Source: a bacterium
GTDB taxonomy: Bacteria > Actinomycetota > Acidimicrobiia > Acidimicrobiales > Bin134
Direction of reading: 5' to 3'
Length of the DNA: 64,000 nucleotides
NCBI GenBank assembly: GCA_026709025.1
Contig: JAPOTT010000029.1
Coordinates: 86,231-150,230 of the forward strand
The notes under the pieces are model-generated. The model ran no database searches. It was not told the DNA's origin and saw nothing but the letters and a program-made list of their open reading frames with translations. The position numbers were made by a program, and so were the translations under genes. Position 1 is the first letter of the stretch, and each line of letters starts with the position of its first letter. This document shows positions 59,554 to 64,000 of the stretch, piece after piece.

Positions 59554-59961
59554 ATGAGCACAAGTGGAAACGCTCCAAGCGGACACGTCCCTAGCGGAAA
59601 CGCTCCAAGCAACGGTGGCAACAAAAAGAACCGAGTCAACCTATGCCTCCAAGAGGAGCTAGGCCACTGTGAGGCTCGGCGTTTCGACGTGGCAAAGGGT
59701 GAGTTCAGTTGCAAGGTGGCGGTAATCCGCCTTGGTGACGATCTTTATGCTCTGGGCGATACCTGTAGTCACGCTGATTTTTCTTTGTCGGAGGGAGAGG
59801 TAGATCCTGAAGAGCAAACCATAGAATGCAACAAGCACGGCAGCTTGTTCTCCTTAGCCACCGGTGAGCCTCAAACCCTTCCCGCCACCCGTTCTGTGCC
59901 TGTGTATCGAGTGGGTGTGACTGATGGGCAGGTGTGGTTGGAGCTAGGCGAGCCCTCCTAG
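59554..59961 (+). CDS. Rieske [2Fe-2S] ferredoxin-like protein of the actinobacterial suf operon
   Basis: CSHADFSLSEG...CNKHGSLF (CxH...CxxH). Confidence 0.85.
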   Translation: MSTSGNAPSGHVPSGNAPSNGGNKKNRVNLCLQEELGHCEARRFDVAKGEFSCKVAVIRLGDDLYALGDTCSHADFSLSEGEVDPEEQTIECNKHGSLFSLATGEPQTLPATRSVPVYRVGVTDGQVWLELGEPS

Positions 59962-60830
59962 TGACCTCAGCACAAACCCCAGCACAAACACCCAGTCAAA
60001 GCCGCCTGGTTATTGAGGGTCTCCAAGTACGGGTTGGAGAGCAGATGGTGCTGAACGGCATCAACCTAGAGGTGGCTTCGGGTGAGGTTCACGCTGTGAT
60101 GGGCCCCAACGGTTCGGGCAAGTCCACCTTGGCGTATGCCATCATGGGTAAGCCTGGCTATGAGGTTGTTGCAGGCACGATTACTTTGGTGTCTGAGGGT
60201 TCATCTGTGGCTTCGCACTCTGGGCAATCTCAGGTAGGGCAATCTCAGGTAGATTTGGTGCCCTTGTCGCCTTGGGAGCGGGCCCATGCTGGGCTTTTCT
60301 CCACACAACAATATCCCACCGAGGTACCCGGGGTGGGTTTAGAGAACATGCTAGAAGAAGCAGTAGCCGCTGTGGGTGGAGATCGTGGCTCCGTGGAGGC
60401 TCAGGTGGCTGCTGAGGCAGCCTTGGTGGGCTTCAATCCTGATTTGTTGTATCGTTCCTTAAACGTAGATCTCTCAGGTGGTGAGATGAAGCGCAGCGAG
60501 GCCGTACAGCTTGGCGTTTTGCGTCCTCGCATCGCCATATTGGACGAGCTAGATAGTGGTTTAGATGTGGATGCTCTGGCAGCGGTTAGCCATCGCATTG
60601 AACAAGCCACTCAGCAAGATAACTTGGGTGTGTTGGCTATCACCCATTTCAGCCGTCTGCTCACCGTTTTACATGCCGATGTTGTACACATCATTATCGG
60701 TGGTGTTATTCGGGAAACCGGCGGCCCCGATTTGGCTGCTCAGCTAGAAGAAACCGGCTACGACCCGTGGATAGATAAGCGCGCCGAGTCGCCAGTGGAT
60801 ATCCATATAGGCTCAGAGCTAGGGCTCTAA
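59961..60830 (+). CDS. sufC: Fe-S cluster assembly ATPase SufC
   Basis: Walker A GPNGSGKSTL, signature LSGGEMKR and Walker B AILDELDSGLD. The proposed GTG start at 59961 overlaps the Rieske stop (TAGTG). The gene contains a 15-bp perfect tandem duplication. Confidence 0.9.
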   Translation: MTSAQTPAQTPSQSRLVIEGLQVRVGEQMVLNGINLEVASGEVHAVMGPNGSGKSTLAYAIMGKPGYEVVAGTITLVSEGSSVASHSGQSQVGQSQVDLVPLSPWERAHAGLFSTQQYPTEVPGVGLENMLEEAVAAVGGDRGSVEAQVAAEAALVGFNPDLLYRSLNVDLSGGEMKRSEAVQLGVLRPRIAILDELDSGLDVDALAAVSHRIEQATQQDNLGVLAITHFSRLLTVLHADVVHIIIGGVIRETGGPDLAAQLEETGYDPWIDKRAESPVDIHIGSELGL

Positions 60831-60855
60831 GCGAAAGAGCGAAGACAACGAAGTT

Positions 60856-61179
60856 ATGACCACCAATACAGGATCATCCGCCACGCCAGATAGCAAGCGT
60901 CTTTTGTCTACCCAAGAGATTGCCGAAGCGTTAGCTAAATCAGATTTAGACGGGTGGGAGCGTGAGGGCCACAAGCTAGTAGCCAGTTTCAAGTTTGGCG
61001 ATTTTTCCGAAGCTTTTGGATTTATGTGTCGGGTAGCGCTTATTGCAGAGAAGCTCTTTCATCATCCCGAGTGGTCAAACGTATGGTCTAGCGTAGAGAT
61101 TGCCATCACCAACCACGCCGCAGGGGGCATCACAGAACTAGACATAGATTTCGCTCGCCACGTCAACGCACTACTTTGA
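60856..61179 (+). CDS. Pterin-4-alpha-carbinolamine dehydratase
   Basis: HHPEWSNVWSSVEIAITNH motif. 107 aa. Confidence 0.8.
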   Translation: MTTNTGSSATPDSKRLLSTQEIAEALAKSDLDGWEREGHKLVASFKFGDFSEAFGFMCRVALIAEKLFHHPEWSNVWSSVEIAITNHAAGGITELDIDFARHVNALL

Positions 61180-61308
61180 ACTGCTTGAGGAGGCTCGCAA
61201 TCTACGAGTGAGTAAAGCGAGACCTGTGAACACTGCTGTCTGTAGTGCCATCTTTTTTGCTCTCGCGGAAATGGCAGTCGGGTGGGAGACTAGGTGCTAG
61301 CTGTGGGG

Positions 61309-64000
61309 TTAGTTGTATATCGATTCTCCGGTGTTGTGGTAGCTGGTGTAGATGTGCTCGTAGATGGTGTCCACTTTGCGGTTGAACAGCTCGAGTTCGT
61401 AGGCATCGGGGAGTTCGTTATCTAGAACAGTCTTGATGGCCACTTTGACGGCTGAGCGGGTCTGCTGTTTGCGCTTCCAATCTAAGACGAGCTTCTCGGT
61501 TATGTGAGCGAGTAGGTTTTTGGCTGCGTTTTTCACTTGGACGGCTTGGGCTCGGGTGAGGTCGGGCTCAGGTTTGGTGAGCAGGTCGAAGATGGCCAGC
61601 TCTGCCTCTGTAATGCCCTCTCGCACGGCACGCTGCTCCTCGTCGGTCAGCTCATCGTTTATGGCCTTGAGTCGGCGCAGGAACTCTTCGAGGTTGTGGG
61701 TTCCAGCGTTGTACTCCTCGATGAGGTGCCGGAATCGCTCGGCCAGTTCGCTTCGGGTGGGGTTCTTGCGCACGGCATCATCTAGGCGGCCTGCGATGTT
61801 GTCTTGGGCAGCTTTGGCAGCGGTGCGCTTGCGGCCCTCGAAGCGCAAGAGGAACTGTTCGAAGTCGAGCTGGTTTAAGTCGATGAGGGAGTCGGTGCCG
61901 GTGGTATCGATAATGTACTCGTTGGCTGCCACAGAGCGGTCGAGCAGCTCCGCCACGGAGTCCATCACCCCAGCGATGTCGGGAGCCTCGGCAGAAGATT
62001 CGATCTTGGACGCGATGGTGCGGATCACCGCCATCTGATGGGCCACGGCGAGGGCTTCGGGGTCGGGCAGCAGGGCTTTGAAGGCTTTGCGGGCTTGCCT
62101 TGTTAGCGCCACGAAGCGGCGGCGGGTCTGTTCGTCCACCAGCAGCGCTTCCACAGCGGCCTTCTGCAAGGCGACGAACTCGAAGCCCTGAGCGGTTTGT
62201 AGGTCGGCTAGGTTGATGTCGCAGTTGTCGCAGAATTCGGCGATCTCGGCCAGCGCGGTGCTTAGCTCGGCGGCTAGCTCGGTGTTGGGCCGGATGGGGG
62301 AGTCTGCGCTTGGCATGGTGCCCGGCCCGGTGCGGTCTGCGCCTTCTCCGGTACGGTCGGCACCGTAGATGGCGAGGGCTCTCTCCAGATTCCGGAACAC
62401 ACCCACGTAGTCAACGATGAGGCCGTTGTCTTTGTCTGGGAACACCCGGTTGGCGCGGGCGATGGTCTGCATCAGGGCGTGATTGCGCATCGGCTTGTCG
62501 AGGTAAACCGTGGAGGTAGACGGCGAGTCGAACCCGGTGAGCCACATGGCACACACGAACACCAGGCGGAACGGATCCTCGGGATCTTTGAACCTGGCAT
62601 CGAGGTCTTCTGCCACCATGCGCTTGCGGTGCTTGGTGATATCGAGCCCAGCGTCGGCCATGTCGGCCACCTCGTTTTGAGCCTGCGACACCACCACGGC
62701 CATGTCGGTGGTGGTCATGAACCGGATAAGCGATTCTAGATGAGGGCGAGCTGGCGCCGGCGCGTCGGCCAGCTCGGCTTCGAGCTCAGCCCGGTAGCGG
62801 CCCCATTCGGTTTTCACCAGGTCGTACATGCGCACGGCGGTGGCCTTGTCGATGGCTACATACATGGCCTTGCCCCGAAACCCCCGGTTGACGAAGTGGC
62901 GCACCAGATCGACGGCGATCTCCTCGAGGCGCTGGGGCCGGGTGATCAGCTGGTATTGCCGGGAGAATTGGCGGGCCACCGCCTTCTCTTGGGCATCGTC
63001 GAGCGCAGCGGCCTCGAGGAGCTGTTCGAGTTCTTCGTCAAAGTCTTGGTTTACCAACTGGAGTTCGGGGATGCGGTTCTCGTAGAACAGCGGAACGGTG
63101 GCTCCGTCGGCAATGGAGTCGCGGAAGTTGTAGATCGACACGTAGTCGCCGAACACCCGTCGCGTCTCCTCCTCCCCATCTATCAGCGGCGTGCCGGTGA
63201 ACCCGATGAACGAGGCGTTGGGCAGTGCTCGGCGCATGTTGGCCGCCAGCGTGTCGTACTGAGAGCGGTGAGCCTCATCTGTGACCACCACGATGTTCTC
63301 CCGCTCCGACAGCACCGGCATGGCTTGGCCTTGCACGGGCGGGATGAACTTATGGATCAGCGTGAACACATAGCGGTGGTTCTGGCCTAGCAGCTCTCGA
63401 AGATGAGCCGAGGTCTTGGCGTGGATCTGCTGGCCAGCGGTGATCACCCCACAGTCGGCGAAATCGCCGTACAGCTGGTTGTCTAGCTCAGCGCGGTCGG
63501 TAACCATCACGAACGTCCAGTTGCCCGGTTCTTTGCGCAGCACCTTCTGGGTGAACCACAGCATCGACAACGATTTGCCCGATCCCTGCGTGTGCCAGAA
63601 CACCCCTAGCCGGCCCTCCCGCTGGCTTGCTTCCTGCAAGGCCTCCAGCGAGTTGTTTACCCCCAAGAACTGATGGTTCTTGGCCAGCGCTTTCACCAAA
63701 CCGCCCGGGCGTTCCATGTAGGCGATGAAGTTCTCCACCAGATCCAACAGGCGATGGGGCTCACAGGTGCCCCGCAGGGCGGTCTCTAGTGACACCACGC
63801 CCTGCTCGCCTTCGGTGTTGATCTTCTTCCACTCGCCGAAATGCCCCCAATCTGCGTACGTGGAGCCCACCAGCGTGTCGGCGCCGTTCGAGAGCATCAC
63901 GAACGCGTTGAACCAGAACAGGTGGGGAACCGTGTCGCGGTAGTCGCGCAGGTTTTGGTGGAAGGCATCGCGAACGCTCTTGTGCGACACCTTCAACTCA
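61309..64000 (-). CDS. hsdR: Type I restriction enzyme R subunit (N-terminus beyond the window edge)
   Basis: Motifs TQGSGKSLSM (Walker A), VTDEAHRSQY (DEAH), GFTGTP and QTIARANR. The frame is open to position 64000. Confidence 0.9.
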   Translation of the reverse strand, partial: ELKVSHKSVRDAFHQNLRDYRDTVPHLFWFNAFVMLSNGADTLVGSTYADWGHFGEWKKINTEGEQGVVSLETALRGTCEPHRLLDLVENFIAYMERPGGLVKALAKNHQFLGVNNSLEALQEASQREGRLGVFWHTQGSGKSLSMLWFTQKVLRKEPGNWTFVMVTDRAELDNQLYGDFADCGVITAGQQIHAKTSAHLRELLGQNHRYVFTLIHKFIPPVQGQAMPVLSERENIVVVTDEAHRSQYDTLAANMRRALPNASFIGFTGTPLIDGEEETRRVFGDYVSIYNFRDSIADGATVPLFYENRIPELQLVNQDFDEELEQLLEAAALDDAQEKAVARQFSRQYQLITRPQRLEEIAVDLVRHFVNRGFRGKAMYVAIDKATAVRMYDLVKTEWGRYRAELEAELADAPAPARPHLESLIRFMTTTDMAVVVSQAQNEVADMADAGLDITKHRKRMVAEDLDARFKDPEDPFRLVFVCAMWLTGFDSPSTSTVYLDKPMRNHALMQTIARANRVFPDKDNGLIVDYVGVFRNLERALAIYGADRTGEGADRTGPGTMPSADSPIRPNTELAAELSTALAEIAEFCDNCDINLADLQTAQGFEFVALQKAAVEALLVDEQTRRRFVALTRQARKAFKALLPDPEALAVAHQMAVIRTIASKIESSAEAPDIAGVMDSVAELLDRSVAANEYIIDTTGTDSLIDLNQLDFEQFLLRFEGRKRTAAKAAQDNIAGRLDDAVRKNPTRSELAERFRHLIEEYNAGTHNLEEFLRRLKAINDELTDEEQRAVREGITEAELAIFDLLTKPEPDLTRAQAVQVKNAAKNLLAHITEKLVLDWKRKQQTRSAVKVAIKTVLDNELPDAYELELFNRKVDTIYEHIYTSYHNTGESIYN

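Noticed and set aside
62740-63390. 216-aa plus-strand ORF inside hsdR, plus other antisense ORFs at 61520-63943
   Set aside because: Shadow ORFs opposite a gene with complete type I R-subunit helicase motifs.

Overview
This is a 64-kb chromosomal segment of a mid/high-GC actinobacterium. The order ispE, bS22, tRNA-Gln, prs, rplY, pth, mfd, mazG, eno, ftsB is the classic actinobacterial arrangement. A class E sortase, a septum-formation lipoprotein and a Rieske gene inside the suf operon agree with this. An Acidimicrobiia-like origin is inference only. The backbone also carries ribA, mutA-mutB-meaB, an AapJQMP-like amino-acid ABC transporter, a NUDIX hydrolase and a LacI-linked 7-gene operon (HisD-like dehydrogenase, ThDP enzyme, Liv-type transporter). 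Further backbone genes are a GT4/GH63-like pair, an acyl-CoA synthetase, class I fumarase, sufB-(Cys4 ORF)-sufD-Rieske-sufC and pterin carbinolamine dehydratase. Four accessory blocks interrupt it. (1) 1-5756 is a strongly AT-rich two-gene surface cassette: an FN3-array protein with an unassigned C-terminal domain, translationally coupled to an 841-aa lipoprotein. (2) 22.2-25.5 kb holds a DUF4143-type ATPase, an XRE-ImmA/IrrE fusion and a DUF4411 PIN-like gene with an in-frame TAA, bracketed by about 115-bp direct repeats that carry a leaderless promoter. (3) 47.5-52.5 kb holds a low-GC Orc/Cdc6-like ATPase, a nuclease-core remnant coupled to a NACHT/STAND NTPase, and an in-frame TAG in that NTPase. 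(4) 61.3-64.0 kb holds a type I restriction R subunit that runs off the window. I found no integrase, transposase, CRISPR array or rRNA. Short (12-24 bp) near-perfect tandem duplications recur, often exactly at gene starts or stops. All family assignments come from motifs read by eye; no database search was possible.
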